A stretch of 64,000 bases of DNA, from contig CM119263.1 in the NCBI GenBank assembly GCA_051294375.1, positions 5,844,382 through 5,908,381 of the forward strand, written 5' to 3'. Positions within the stretch are counted from its first letter, which is position 1. Every line of letters starts with the position of its first letter. This DNA is from Paraspadella gotoi (lineage: Eukaryota; Animalia; Chaetognatha). Made by a program: the position numbers and the translations under genes. The notes below the pieces were generated by a model. That model did no database searches. It saw only the letters and a list, made by a program, of their open reading frames with translations, and had not been told where the DNA came from. Shown piece after piece: positions 1-15,242 of the stretch.

Positions 1-1266
1 TTCTCTCTCTCTCTCTCCTCTCTCTCTCTTCTCTCTCTCCTCCTCTCTCATCTCTCTCTCTCTCTCTCTCTCCGTCGCCCAGATTTTCCCTCATTTTCGC
101 CGACGCCGTTTCTCCCCGGGGTCGTAACTATGGCAACGCGCAACGATTTTCGTTGCTATGACGATTTGGCTTCGGGAAATGCGTAGTATCATCAACGTGG
201 AGGGAGATGAGGAGGGAGAAATTTTGAACATAGGTAAACGTAATTATCGATGTGATGGTGTGAAGTATGAGTGCCAATGCGAAGCAGTTTGTGTGAGATT
301 TATTAAAACAATCTGAATCAAAAGGTTCTACTCGTAGATAGAACAGAAGACAGAAAAAACAGCGAAAATTCTCGACCTCGCATAATCCACCGACCGCAGC
401 CGCGCCGCGCCGCCCCGCGACCCTTCCTCCCGTCCAACCGAACTGATGATGCGCGTCACGGCCGCCGAATCGACCGCGGCCGCCATCATATTCGGGTCGG
501 CGCCATCGCGGTGGACGGCATCGCGGCGGCGGCGGCGGCATGCGGGCGGTGGCGGGCGCGGCGGCGGCAGGCGGCAGGCGTGGCGGCCGGGGTCGGCCGG
601 CGTGGCGGCGGGGGGCGGCCGGCGGCGTCAATCCACTGTAATCACGGAATACATTTCCGTTGTGATGGCCGCCTTGATGTGAACGGGAAAAAGACGACGG
701 ACGGACAACGAACGACGACAGCTGTGACGCGGAGCGACGACACCGAAGATGACGACGACGTAGACGAAAAACTTCGACGACGACGACGACGACGAGACGA
801 ACAGCGACGACGACGACAAAGACGGCGCCCCGAAATAAATCTGATGTCCAAAAGAACAAATGAAGTTTTTTTTCATCTCGAAATCGGGAGACTAAGGAGA
901 ACATGAATGATGGGAAAGAGAAATTAAATAGAGAGAGAGCGAGAGAGAGAGAGAGAGAGAGGAGAGAGAAGGAGAGAGAGCAGAGAGAGAGAGAGAGGAG
1001 ATGAGAGAGAGAGAGAGAGATTAAAAAAGAATATTGGAAACTGAGAGAAAATATTGGGCGATTTTCCCCCTGTCGTCCTACTCCTCCTACTCTTAGCCTA
1101 TGCCCGATCCTTGGCCCGACCCCCGTAGACCGGACACTTTTCGCTGACCCTTTGGCTGACACTTAGCTCACTCACTCTCTCTTTTCTCTTTCTCTCTCTC
1201 TTTGAGAGGAAGAAACCCTCATTTCTTTTTGCTCCTCTAACTAAAAAGAAAACGAGGGTGTTTTGA

Positions 1267-1315
<49 letters not shown>

Positions 1316-2804
1316 CCTCCACTCTCTCCTCTCTCTCTCTCTTTCTCTCTCTCTTCTCTCTCTCTCATCGCCCTCCACTTCATTTGTCGACGACTTGATC
1401 GGGGTCAAAGAAATAATCGGAATGTTCATACGCCGTTTGTCGAAAAGGCCTTTTTCGTTATCGTCGTCGTCGTCGTCGCCTTCATCGTCGTCGTCGTCGA
1501 CGTAGTCATAAGAGTTATATCTTTAACTTATTCTGAGCTCAAGATGCTATATCGTATTGTAACGTTAACTACGATAATCACAATATAATTATACAATTTT
1601 TTTATAACAGAAACAAATGCGTACAAATTCTTTAAACTCAAAAGACTTTATGATGGAGCAAAGGGCGAAATATCATAAGCACTTAGTCACGTGGTCTTCG
1701 CCCGGCGATGCGTCAACCGTCACGGTCTCCCTGACGCGCCCACGCCGTCGCGTCAAGCGTCACCCACGAGCGCCATCGTCCGTCGGTCCGTGACCAACAA
1801 CGCCCCCGCTGCTTCTTTTCTTTCTCTATCGCCCGTCTTGTACGCCTCTCTCTCTTCCTCTCTCTTTCTATCCCTCACTCTCTTCTTCTCTCCCCCTCTT
1901 CTTCTTCGTCTCCCTCTCCTCATCATTTTCCTCCCCTTCGCTCGCTCTCCCTTTCTTCCTCCGCCTCGGAATTTCGAAGCCGCGTGAACTTTAACCTCGG
2001 GAAGCAGAGGGAGAGGGAGAGAAAGAAGGAAAGGAAGAGAGAGAGGGAGAGAGAGAGAGAGGAGAGAAAGATGGAAAGGAAGAGAGAGAGGGAAAAGAAA
2101 TGAAAGCGGAAGAGAGTGAAATAAAGGAAGAAGAAACAGGAATAAGAATATTGACAAGAAAGAAAAAGTTTTTGTCTGAATTTACAATTTAAAAAAAAGC
2201 TTTGAACTCGAACTATGACGCCGACTGACTGACCTAATTATTTAATTCATCCAACGGTCAATTCATCCAATGATCCAATGCTCCCTTGAATCAATTTTCA
2301 AAAACTAACTCTTTTTTCTCGACTTTTAAGGATGACATCGACTCGATTTGCGGCCTTCATGGTTGTTATTCTCATTGTTGTCGTTATTCGCTTGAAATCT
2401 TTGGCGCGAAGAATGAGAAGCGTTTTCGGTTGCTAGGAGACGCGACGGTTGTTAGGGATGATTGCGCGAATCCTAATTGCAGGAGTGGGGCAAAAGCGGG
2501 CACCGAAGGCGGGCGACCACGATGGCTGACGATGGAGGCGGAGCGATGATGACAAAGTATAATGAAAAAACGAATGATGATGACAATGGGGGAACTTGGA
2601 GGCATACGACATGACAATGACAATCGATGAATATGAGGTTTGAGGACGAAAGAAAACAGGATCGAGGATTGCAAAAGAAAACGTTGACAGAAATGATATC
2701 AAATTAAAACTTAAGAAAATGACCTAATCATTATATGAATAAGTAACAACCTCCTGGCGTTAAGACTGACAAAAACTGTTTGAACGAAACTAAACTTAGA
2801 AAAC

Positions 2805-2902
2805 TACGAACGACAATGACGACGAACGACGATTACGAACGACATTTGACGTACGAACGACGATCGACGGACGACGAACGACAACCACGCATGACGACGA
2901 AC

Positions 2903-2939
<37 letters not shown>

Positions 2940-3510
2940 ACGACGAACGACGAACAACGACGAACAACGATCGACGACGAACGACGACGACGAACGACGA
3001 ACGACGGCACAACGACGAACGACTACGACGACGAACGACGCACGACGACGAACGACGACGAACGACGACGAACGACAACCACGATGACGACGAACGCGAC
3101 GAACGCACGACGACGGACGCACGAACGACAACCACTGATGACGACGAAGACGAACACGACGACGACGAACGACAACCACATGACGACGAATCCACGACGA
3201 CGACGACGACGACGACTTTACGACGACCGACGAACGACGAACGCACGTACACGACGAACGACGACGACGCACGAACGACTGACGACGACGCAACGGACGA
3301 CGCAACGACGGACGACGACAACGACGAACGTACGATCGACGACGAACGACTCGACGACGACGAACGACGACGAACGACGACGAACGACAACCACCGATGC
3401 ACGCACGAACGACGAACACGACGACGACGACGAACGACAACCACTATGACGAATACGAACGACTGAACGATCGGACAACGACGAACGACCTCGGACGACG
3501 ACAACGAACG
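2805..3510 (+). repeat. Compound (ACG)n/(ACGA)n microsatellite; same type at ~6060-6500 (-) and ~7740-8040
   Basis: Visible acgacgacgaacg repeats with recurring acaaccacgatg units. Confidence 0.9.
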
Positions 3511-4984
3511 CACGGATCGGACGGGTACGGAGGACCGGGATGGAACGAACGTGTTATCGATGCAAATCCATTCACAGATGGACACGAGATTTTCACTCGG
3601 TTTAACAACCGATCACTCTCGCGGTCGAGCGAGACGACTGTCAGCACCGAAGAGCGACTAAGGCCGACCACGCGGACGCGAAAAGCTCGCGCACACCGCA
3701 TCAGATGCTAATCAACTTCGTTTGCACGCGAGAAGAACTTTTGCACCGAATGGAGGGAACCTGGACGACTCACGCGACAGCAATCGACGGGCACGTGAAC
3801 TCGACAGTATCGAACTCGATTACGGACGTAGAGACTCGCGAGACTGTCGCACAACGGCGCTGATCGGTAAGCAACAAGGTTACGGACGAGTCTCAGGCGG
3901 CATATTAAGCGACGACACGAACGGCTGTTAGTCCAACTCTTCCCTTCTAGCGTACAGTTCTGAACTCTCTGAACGAGAGACGACTGGATACGGACGATGC
4001 AGGCCCGATGAATAAAATGCGACTGACGACGACGAACGAACGACGATCGACGGACGAAGAAACGGACGACGAACGACATAAGTGAACGACGAGACTGACG
4101 AAGACCACTCGATGGACGGACGAGACGAGAGACGCACGGAACGAGACGAAAACGAGAACTCGAAGAGAGGCGCAGATGACGACGGAAAGGAGCTTGACGT
4201 GAAAAATCTCATCGGGCGCACGAAGATTCCACGAACGACGTCCACATGGATTTCTCCGATGTTTCCACAGAGAAATTCTACGAGAAGAGAAAGGACAGAG
4301 GGAGAGGAGGAGAGAAGAGAGATGCAAGTGATGTAATGAATCTAAAACTATGATAGAGCTAAATCTTTCTTGACAGAGGCACATGACATAGTGGATTCCG
4401 GTACAGACTGCCAGGAGAAGAATGAGGCGAGAGAAGAGAAAACAAAGAGTAGAGCTGAAATGAGGAAAGAGAAGAGCACAAAGAGGAACGCGAGGGAAAT
4501 AGAACAAGGAAGGGTTACAACCAAACCAATGAAGGAGTAGAGCAGAAACAACAATAGAGCGAATATAGTATGTAGATTTCAACAATTAATAATACAGATG
4601 AACTCACACATGAACGTAGATCCTTCTTGNNNNNNNNNNNNNNNNNNNNNNNNNTAGTAGGAATTCCTTGAATTTTTTCGGGCTCATTTGTTGGTCAAAT
4701 TTTGTCTGTCGTAGTATAATGTGTTAATTTTTTGTGGCGTGGTATTCGAGATCATTTTTTGTGGCGTGATATTTTTGTGACGTAGTCAATTTTGGGGTGT
4801 GGTCGATTTTTGTGGGGTGGTAATTTTGTGGTGTGGACAATGTGGTCATTTTTGTGGTGGTGATGTGGCTGGAGGGGCTTGTATGTTAAGGAGCTGAGAA
4901 ATATTTCGGGGGCCGAAAGCGACAGGGGATTCGATAAGGAGAGATTACGGGCGACCCTCGCGTCATATTATTAAAGCGGAAACG

Positions 4985-4989
4985 CGGAG

Positions 4990-5034
<45 letters not shown>

Positions 5035-8000
5035 CGAGAGAGAGAGAGAGAGAGGTAGAGAGAGAGAGAGAAGAGAGAGAAAAAAATGCTCAATTTTTGG
5101 GCATATTTCAACCTATGGAAATTTGGATACGCTGCGATGGTCGGGATGGATGGACGGGACGGATGGATCGGATGGATGTGGCCTGGATGTGAAAATGTGG
5201 GGTCAAAAAAGAGGAACTGGCGAAGAGGGGGAAGAGAGAGGGTGTACGAGAATGAGAAGGAGACGAGGAAGTAAAGGGAAGGAAACGAGAGAAAGAAGGA
5301 AAAGCGGAGGAGTAAAAGGAGAGAGAGGAATGAAAGACAGGGATAAGAATGGTAATAACGGGGGAAAGCCGTGCGGAAAGAAAAAAAGAGAAGAAAGCGA
5401 AGAGAGCCAATGAGAAATTAAAGGAAAAGGATACGAATCATAGACATCTCTTTTGACCTCATTATGGCACCCGAAATAAAGGAATCACGAGGTCAAGGTC
5501 CTCCTTCTTTTTTCATGATTAAGGTCACTTCGTGTTAAATGCGTTTTTCTCATTTTTGTCATAGTTGTTAGGATTTGTTAAGTAGAAATCTAAAGTGAAC
5601 GAAATTGAAAATGAATTGTTGAAAGTCAATTTTGTTGTAACAGGGGCTGAGATTGGCTCAAAACTATGATGAATATCCATTTCGGATTATAATAGTAATC
5701 AGTCAATAACAACATCACAATTCGGATCCTATGTTTACTTTATAAATCTACTTTATATGTTATTATATATATATAACTATCGCTCATATTTTCCTCCGTT
5801 CATTTCAGTTCATTCTGAAAACTGTGAATACTAAACTTGTTTCTTCTGCCCATGAACTTTGTCCGATTTCCTCTCTTCTCTTCTCTCTCTCTCTTCTTCT
5901 TCATCTCTCTCTCATCTCTCTCTCTCTTCTCTCTCTCTCTCTCTCTCTTCTTTCTCTCGATTTCTGTATTGGAAACCTCCAGGAACTGGATATGGACGTG
6001 TGTTCGTGGGAATCGTCCTGCCGTAGAGATTTAGAAGCCTTCCTCGTTCACGTATTCGTTCGATCGATCGTCGTCATCGTGTTTGTGTAGTTCGTCGTCG
6101 TCGTCGTTCGTCGTCAGTGTCTCAGGATCGTCGCTGCATCGTGTTCGTGTGGTGCGGTGTCGTCGGTCGTCGTCGTCGTCGTTCGTCGGTTCGTTCGTCA
6201 TCGTCGGTTGTCGTTCGTCGTCGTCGTCGTCGTTCGTTCGTTCGTCGTCGTTCGTCGTTCGTCGTCGTCGTCATTCGTGGTTGTCGTGTCGTCGTCGTCG
6301 TTCGTGTCGTGTCGTTCTCGTCATCGTCGGTCGTGCAATCTGTTTCGTTCGTCGTACCGTCGTCGTCGTCGTCGTCGTTCGTCTCGTCGATCGTGGTTCG
6401 TCGTCGTCGTTCGTCGTTGATCGTCGTCGGTCGTCGTTCGTCGTCGTCGTTCGTACGTTCGTCGTACTCGTCTGGTTGTCGTTCGTCGTCATGCGTGGTT
6501 GAGTCTAGTGACTACGAAAGAAATGAAAATGGAAATACAACAACAACATACAAAAGGCCGGGACTGGAAAAGCGAAAAAAATGATTCAAATTTTGGCCGA
6601 CGTGAAAAGAAAGGAAGAAGCAGGACCAATGTTTTTGGAGAAGACGCCGTGATATCGATATGGACTTATTCTTGAATAACTTGATATTGACTCTGTCGAT
6701 AGATTTCTTATGAATATAAAAAACAAATATTATTATTTACAATTAGTGTTTGCAGTAAACCTCATAAACCCGAAAATGATTGCTAACAAACGAAAGCTTA
6801 AAAGAATAATTTACAAATCTCTTCGGCTAATAGGGCATATATCGCAGTACTTGTGCGTCGATCTCAGTACCGGAAATCTCATCAGTACAGATTCTGCCTT
6901 CATACAAAAGTGCATCTCGCTTGAGTATAGATCGGTTCAGCTTCGAGCTCGCTCTCCAGATACCGTCCGAATCTCGTCACAGTGCGGGTGCGAATGTCAC
7001 GATCGTTGTTCGCCTCGTTCGTCCGTTCTCGATACGTTCTCGTCGCTCTAAGATCTCTATATATAGGTCTTTGTCGTTTTCGTTCGTGTATCGTACAGAT
7101 ACATCTCCTCTGTCAGTAAATGATAATCGTTCGGTCTAGGTACTACTCTCTTTCTATATATGCTCCTCTCTTCGGCTGTTGGTATAGTGTGGAAGTGAGA
7201 GACTAACTAAACGAACGGACAGTGCGGGATCGGCGGCGAACACACAAGAGACCCGAACGGACGGGATGCCAGATCTAGGACCTAGGCCGCGCACACAGAG
7301 GACGAGACTTCCGCTCGCATAGAAAGACACCGCGCGAGGAGGAACGACGAAGAGCAAACGAGAGACGAACGACAAACGCACAACTCTGAACGGACGAACG
7401 CACACGCACGACCATACTCTGCCGAACTCGCACCGAAGGCGATCCACTCCCGACGAACGACCAACCCGACTGGATGACGGACGGATATCCGTTACGAACG
7501 ACGTCAAACCTCGACTGCATCATACTCATTTGTCGCACAAACAACTAGGAACCTCCTAAACAACGCATGACGACGAGAGACGACGAAATAACGGAGACGG
7601 AACACCGACGAAGAGCACGAACGAGCGACAGAAACAGAACCGCAAGCGAACCTCTGAAGACACAGGACAGATTCACGAGACAGAGCGAGCGCAGATCTAA
7701 CACGCGACGAATACGCCACATCTAACGACAACTACAGCGATAATGACAGGACGTAGCAAGAGCACGGACGAAACGACAACCACGATGACGACGCGCGAAC
7801 CTGACGGAGCGACGACGTAACGACAACCACGATGACGACGAACGATCGAACGACGAACGACGACAACGACGAACGGGTACGACGACGACGACGAACGAAC
7901 AACCACGATGACTGAGACGACGACGACGAACGACGAACCAAACGAATGAACGACGAATCGACGACGACGAACGATACGACAACCACTGTATGACGGACGA

Positions 8001-8221
8001 CGTACTCGACGGAACCAGACGTACACGACAACGTATCGATGACGCCACGGTGAAGGCTCTCTCTAAATCAATACAACGGCGTACGATTCACACGAGACAC
8101 GACCGTCCAATCTCCAACGTTCCGAACCGTTCTCAATCAGAAAATCGAGTAGGAGAAAGAAGAGGAGCGAGAGAGATGGAAGAGAGCAGATTAGAGAGAG
8201 CAGGAGGAGAGATGAGATGAG

Positions 8222-8264
<43 letters not shown>

Positions 8265-9007
8265 CGGACAAAGTTCATGGGCAGAAGAAACGAGTTTAGT
8301 ATTCACAGTTTTCAGATGAACTGAAATGAACGGAGAAAATATGAGCGATAGTTATATATATATATACATATAAAGTAGATTTAAAAGTAAAAAGGATCCG
8401 AAATTGTTGATGGTTGTTATGACTGATTACTATTATAGCCGAATGGATATCATCATAGTTTTGGAGCCAATCTCAGCCCCTGTTTACAACAAATTGACTT
8501 TCAACAATTCATTTTCAATTTCGTTCACTTTAGATTTTCTACTTAACAAATCCTAACAACAAATGACAAAATAGAAAACGCATTTAACACAAGTGACCTT
8601 AATCTAAAAAAAAAGGAGACTTGACCTCGTGATTCCTTTATTTCGGGGTCATAATGAGGTCAAAAGAGATGATCTATGTTTCCTTTTTTTATTTTCTCTT
8701 TGCTCTCTTCTGCTTTCTTCTCTTTTTTTCTTTTCCCGCTTTCCTTATTCCATTCTTTCCCTGTCTTTCATTCCTTTCCTCCCTTTACTTCCTCCCTTTT
8801 CTCTCTTTTCTCCGTTTCCTCCCTTTACTTCCTCCGTCTCCTTCTCATTCTCTCTCCACCCTCTTCTTTCCCCCCTCTTCGCCAGTTCCTCTTTTTTTGA
8901 CCACATTTTCACATTCCGGCCACATCCATCCATCCATCCGTCCGTCCATCCATCCCGACCATCGAGCGATCCCAAATTCCCATAGGTTGATCATTCCCAA
9001 AAATGAG

Positions 9008-9040
<33 letters not shown>
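4985..9040. repeat. ~4-kb imperfect inverted repeat (arms ~4985-6500 and ~7740-9040), probably a fold-back read artefact
   Basis: 5086-5960 is the reverse complement of ~8130-9010 with scattered indels; the middle is degraded and contains an adapter-like string at ~7143-7204. Confidence 0.75.
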
Positions 9041-9046
<6 letters not shown>

Positions 9047-12000
9047 ACGCACGTGATTTGGCGATCTGCAAGAAAACCAAGCCACGACGTGGGGTGACTC
9101 CGGCATTAGTGTTCTGTGACCCCGTGAGTCGTCGGATTTAGTGGTGGTGCGTTAGTTGAGGGGTGGGTCTGGTATGGGTAAAGATGGCTGCTGGTGTAGT
9201 TAAGGGTTCGGTTGTTTATTGGTATAATGCGCGTGGCGCAAGTCGACGATGACGCCTCCGGTTCCGGATCAGAGGAGGGTTTTTCCTCCTCGAAGAGTCT
9301 TGCTCGGGGTGGACAACTATCTTTCTCGACGTGCTCTTACAGCCTTCGGAGGGGTCCTAACAGCAGTGGAGGGTTGCGGCAAGTTGGGCAGGAACGTACG
9401 CTTTCCTTTTTTACTGTCGTGTGAGACGTATCATTCCGCCAATACGCGTTTCCCGGCGCTGGTCGGATGATCTCTCGCCGGCGGATTTTCTCCTCCTGCT
9501 CAAGAGTCTGCCTTGTCCGCTCAGTATCGACGCCTTCGGAAGGACTTCCAAGACGACGCGCGCTTCAAGGCTTTGAGCGCCATCATGAGGACGCCGGAGC
9601 GTTCCGTCATGCGTCCTTTCTGCGCTGACGCTCTCCGGCCTACATGTTGAAGAGTCTTCGCGCGGAGGGGCCCGGTTGCAGTGGACGTAGGCCACCTTTG
9701 ACGAAATCTTGCCAAGCCCCTTTGAGACGTCCTCGTCGGGTTTGGCGTGCTATTTTTGGTTCGGCCCTCTCCGAGTCTCGGTCGCTTAGTTGTCTGAAGC
9801 GCTGCCCCTTCGGGATTTCAAAGACAGTTCTGTTTCCAGTCTTTCTCCTGCCAACTTCCACGTCGTTTCTTAATTCTGAGCACCGCTTCCAAACAGACGT
9901 CACTCAAGCCGTTCCATCTTCCTTCTCCGCTCCGGCAGACGCCTCACTATTGCCGCCTGTTCGTTAGCCGTCCACAAGCGTGGCGTGTGCAGTCCGTCTA
10001 TATTAGTCCCGCTCGCGTCCCTGACTGGCCTCTGCAAGTCCTCGCCGCCTCCCAAGCGTAGGGGCGAGCGCTCCAGGACGTCTCTAGTGACGCCAAACCT
10101 GAATTCCTCCGACAGTCTCTTTCGGCCGTTGCTTCGTCCGGCCGTCAGTTTCTCCAGACCCGGTTTCGTCCATGACTGCGTTTTTTTCTGGTTCTCATCC
10201 CCCCTTTCTGACGACGTCCGGTCAAGTGGCGCGCTGTCACCGGAAGATTTCGCGGGATTCCCCCCTCTTGTTGCTTGGTTATGAGTGATTTGTCTGTGTC
10301 GCGTACTGAGTGTAGCGTAGGGAGGGAAGAGAAGGCGCGGGAAGAACAGGTTTCCTCTTCGTTTTTCTCTCGGGAGATTGTCGCGTTTGCAGAGCAGATG
10401 CTGCAACTCTTGTTGGTGGGGAGAGAACCATTGAAAGAATCCCGGTTCCATCTGGAACCACAAATTCTCTCTTTCTACGTTTTATATAAAAAAAAATTGA
10501 ATTAGGATGAACTCGAAAATTAGGCCATAGCATCGTCATGTTACATTTACAATATACACAACAACCAAATCGAATAATAAATAATTTCTCTATTAACTGT
10601 CTACAGTCTGACAGTGCGTTGTAAGCCGTCCATTTGAAATTTCTTTACTATCATGAGTCAGATATCTCTTCTGCATGCGTTCTGCTCTTACTGTATCCTC
10701 TATTGCTCTCATACTTTTTCTCTGTATATATCATGATTTTTATATTTTTATATCACAATTGTGAATTTGCTCTAAGTACACAAAAGATCACAATTTATTG
10801 TCCAATGCCTATTTACGCAGGATACTCCCCTAATTACCTGTCATATTCACAAGATTTTTTTTTATATTATCTATTCCCTAAGTGAATAATAGGTAGACAG
10901 AATTCTTGCAATAGACGAGCGCAGTTGTCTCAAATATGTGACGCTTCAACGAGGTGCACTCAAAACCAGTTAGCCACACGCAGCTTCAGACGAGCGAAAG
11001 AGAGCGCTGACGATAACCAGCATCTATATAACTATCCCCGTTCGGTGTCGCAAAACGGCCGACCGCCGTGACAAATCCCGCAACACGTCTACACCCAGTT
11101 GTTACGCAAGCTGTGCCCATCGGTCAGTCGCTGTAGGGAACCAGAAACGGCCAACTGGTGTCACGTACCCGTATATCCGCCCTGCAAAAATCAGAGTCAC
11201 TGCGGATCCATCCGTCACGCTGCTACTACTCCTTACCCTCCAATCACTACGCCATATTATAACTGTGCCAAAACTCTTCGCTCGTGGCAAGAGACCCGCT
11301 TCACTGGCGGTAAGCTTGTCTCGAATAAAAAGTGAGTCTGTACAAAGTATCAAAGTACCAAGTTATTAAAGTTTATTAATAATAATGAGAAGATATACAC
11401 ACGTTAAGAATAATTAATTTAGGTAAATATTTTCTATGTTAAGAATACACTAATTTCTCAATATTCCAGAGCGGCTCCATAACTTATTCTTTCGAAACGT
11501 AATGCCCAGCAAATATCATCGCGACGCTCTAGCATACCTGATAACCTGGCGTCCGCTTCGCCCGAACTAAAGAAGCGTATTTATAAACATCCAGACCCGA
11601 GCAACACTATCCGGATTCAAAAGCGAACAAGCCGTTTCGGATTCAAGCTCCGCTGATCAGAAAGTTTATGCCACCAAAACACTCCTTTATGATACAGAGG
11701 ATGATCTTTACTTTAGATATTCTTTGTCTCCTTATAATTGTATTTTTGCGAAATGTGATTTTTTCTTTCTTTATAGACTTTCAAAAAGATAGAGAATGGA
11801 GCAGACATCTGAGACTGCAGACCGGAGAGACCGTCGATATCCAGCGGAAGGGACGCGTCTCAAATGAGGCTATCGTAGCTTGCATGCGCGCCGTCGCCTT
11901 CCACGCCCAACCATAAAACCCCAGATGTGTGGCGACGTCTGCCTCCACGGCCATCCTCCATGTAAGTGCTAGTTTTTTAGAGGTAAAAAAAATCTTAGCA

Positions 12001-15000
12001 AAAGAAATATACAGTTGTATAGATTAGACAAAAACTAACACCGCATACACAAATAATACACAATATTCACATACTGTATTATACTTATGAATAAACCAGC
12101 GAAAAACGTGCTGTAAACAGCAAAATTTTAAAAATTACAATCAATTAGATTTTCTCATTTGTCCCTTCTTTTAGAAGTGGATTCACATACTGCTCTATGG
12201 TGAACCCCCAAACGGCTTCCCAGCCTCATATTCAAGACCTTGTCATGCACCATCCAAAGCCCCGGCACGCGAAAAAAAACCATTATCTAAATTGCTGTCT
12301 CGATGCAGCAAATCATTCGCGCAAATAGTTGGATCTGACCGTCTACGGATTGAGAATACACATACTGGAATTATGCCTTTCAAGTGTTCTATCATTGCCC
12401 CAAAATCATTTTTACCAGAAACATCTTTGACTTGAATCGACCATCGTAAGAAGCTCACCGTGAATCTCATTCATACATTCTGTTTGACTTCTTCTCTCTT
12501 ATTGATTTATCCGTTACGATTTATTTTCAAGAACTCGAGTTCATACCGAGACAAACCCTACAAACGATGAGTAAATAGTATTTGTTAAAAGTCTGCTGTC
12601 CTTGTCTCTACCTATTAATCGTATGTTTCTTTCGTTTCTCCAGGTTTTTCTCCCAAAAGCTTTTTCACCAAAAATCGGATCTCGAACCGTCACACGCGAG
12701 AATTCACTCCGCGGAAGTCACCAAGTCCGAAGCTGTCTACGTTGATACACCCGTCGTCGCCCGTGCAGCAGCACGAATTTCATTCGCCTCAACCGCAGCA
12801 GACTTCGCAGCAAAACATCAGCAAACAGCAAAAACTAGTCGCTCCCAAGCCCACAGTCTGACATTCTCAACCGAACGCACCAAGCGTCTCCTTCGCCCGC
12901 ACCCCACCTCGTTTCCCCCATCCCCAGCAGTCACCAACGCCCCCTTCCTCAACAATCCCTGATTCCCCAAAGTCAAGTACTACACACAATCGCCCCAACA
13001 ACCAAGCATTGTCACGTAGTTAATTTCTGTCCAGAGTTACCCATTGATTAACTATGTTTTTCGTTTCGCAATGGATTGTTTCACAAAACAAAAGGAGTAG
13101 AACACTGTGATCACTCTTCATCACATCATAGTTGAATATAGAGCGCCTGCAAAAACTATTTGCGGTCAGTACGTTCACTGTTATATTTATCCCTACGCAT
13201 GTTTCTTAAGTATTTCTTGATCGTTGATTATACAATTCGCTATCAAAATGATACAATTGTAATTCAAGCTGTAATCCCTGTAATGTTACAATTCTTTCTC
13301 TCTTTTTTGTCCCCTCCGTCTATGAAATTGGGTAAAAACAATATATAAATTATCCATTCATTTAATAAATAAGCTATGCTTTCCCCTGACTTATATAATT
13401 TATTTCTTATTACCATGATGGAAAAAAAAACGTCGCGGTAACTTTCCGGTTAGTTTACGGCATTTTAATGTAAGAATCGAAAAATAAAATCTAGATATCA
13501 AGAAATTTTGCCTCCATGTGATTCATATGAGCTGTGTATTCATTTATGCTTACTTAAAAAAAAATAAAAGTTCTCTCCAAAAAAAAATTAGTTGTTTTAA
13601 AAAAAATATTTTTTTCTTTATTTCTTTTATTCAGTATTATTGTAATATTTTATCTCTGACATTGATATTTTTATCAGATTAAGCATAAAAGATGTTTCCA
13701 TGGCCATAACTCAGTAAAAAAGATTGGTCCCCAAAAAGTAAACCAGGCTCTTATTGTTGCTGCATAATGTAATGATTTTATTTAAACAAAATCTTACTTT
13801 TACTAAAAAAATCTTGTTCTATCGTATGATCAAGCACACTATGAGAATATATATCGAAACAAAAATGATATTATTTTTGATTATAAAATATTTTTGCAAG
13901 TAGCAGTAATGTTAATAATGGCACACAGTAGATACCGTTCAGTTTTAAGCCCCTTGAAAAGTGATTTACATTCTTGGCGCGGAACAGCCACTGTTTCTTA
14001 TGGCTCCACTTGTGAGAACGGGAATACAAATTAACAAACAAGCCCAAAATAAAGTACCTTTAATTACTATTCACCGTGTTTACCCGCCGGAAAGATTGCC
14101 TCGCTTCTGATAATTGGCGTACATCTTTTTCTGAAATTTCGCTAGAGCAAAAGTAATTTTCTTTTACGAACAGTTTCTGCAAGCTTATAGGAAACTTGGT
14201 TATCACTTGCGGGCAGATGACGTGATCCGTGTCCTATAAGGAGGAACAAAAGAGAATGAGAACTGAGCATTAGAATAACTAGAAATAAACGTGCGACGCG
14301 AACGACTATAATACTAAAAAACAGACTCTCGACGACGAGATATGAATTAGAACTCTCAAAGATATATGCAGAGTGTTGAATGGTGAAAAATAAACGAAGA
14401 AAAAAAATAGGTAAACAGGGCAAGCTAGAACGATAAAATTGACAGTGCCTTGAAATCTCAATCGCTGCCTCACGACCGCATGAACAAACTATAGAAGGAA
14501 ATAGGACAACGACCGAGTACATAGATCGGACGTACGGACAGCGACACGTAAAACTCGCCGGTGTATATAAAAATAAACTCTGCATACTAAACGCTAAATC
14601 ACGCGACTACAAAAACGTAAGAATTGCTACTGCGGTACGACGCGTTTGCACATCGATACTAGTGCCGCGAAGGGCTCCAGTCACTATGCCACCACGANNN
14701 NNNNNNNNNNNNNNNNNNNNNNTATCACGCCACAAAAATGATCTCGATGACCACGCCACAAAAATTAACACAATTACTACGCGACAAATTTGACCACAAT
14801 GAGCCGAAAATCAAGAATCCACTAAAATAACCGATTAAAATTAGTACTGAAATAAGTAGTGGTTGATTCTTCTGTGATGTTATGTGTCAAGCGCCAATTA
14901 AAAAACCCTCCAAAAAAATTAATCACGCGCCAAAAATGATGACCAAAATGACCTGACCGGCCGAAATGACTTCGTTCTCTCATCAAAACACATCCGTTTT

Positions 15001-15242
15001 TTTTTATTTTTTGCTTTAATGTTTTAGAAAAAGAAAACAATGACCTTTTTTTACATTTCGTTTCGATAGGTTTTTTAAATTGTCATTTCCTATTCCGTTG
15101 TTTCTTTTTCTTTTCTTTTTTTTTTTTTTTTTGTTATTTACTTTTTTCTCTTTTTTCCTTATCTTTATTCGATCTTTTTTTTTCTTGTCCTTTATCCTTG
15201 TGTTTTGTGCTACATTCTATATTGTTCTATATTGTTTTTTTC

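Noticed and set aside
128-8300. Many long ORFs rich in R/S/V/T/D or L/S/E/R
   Set aside because: Translations of (ACG)n and (CT/GA)n microsatellites, open in several frames on both strands with no domain signal.
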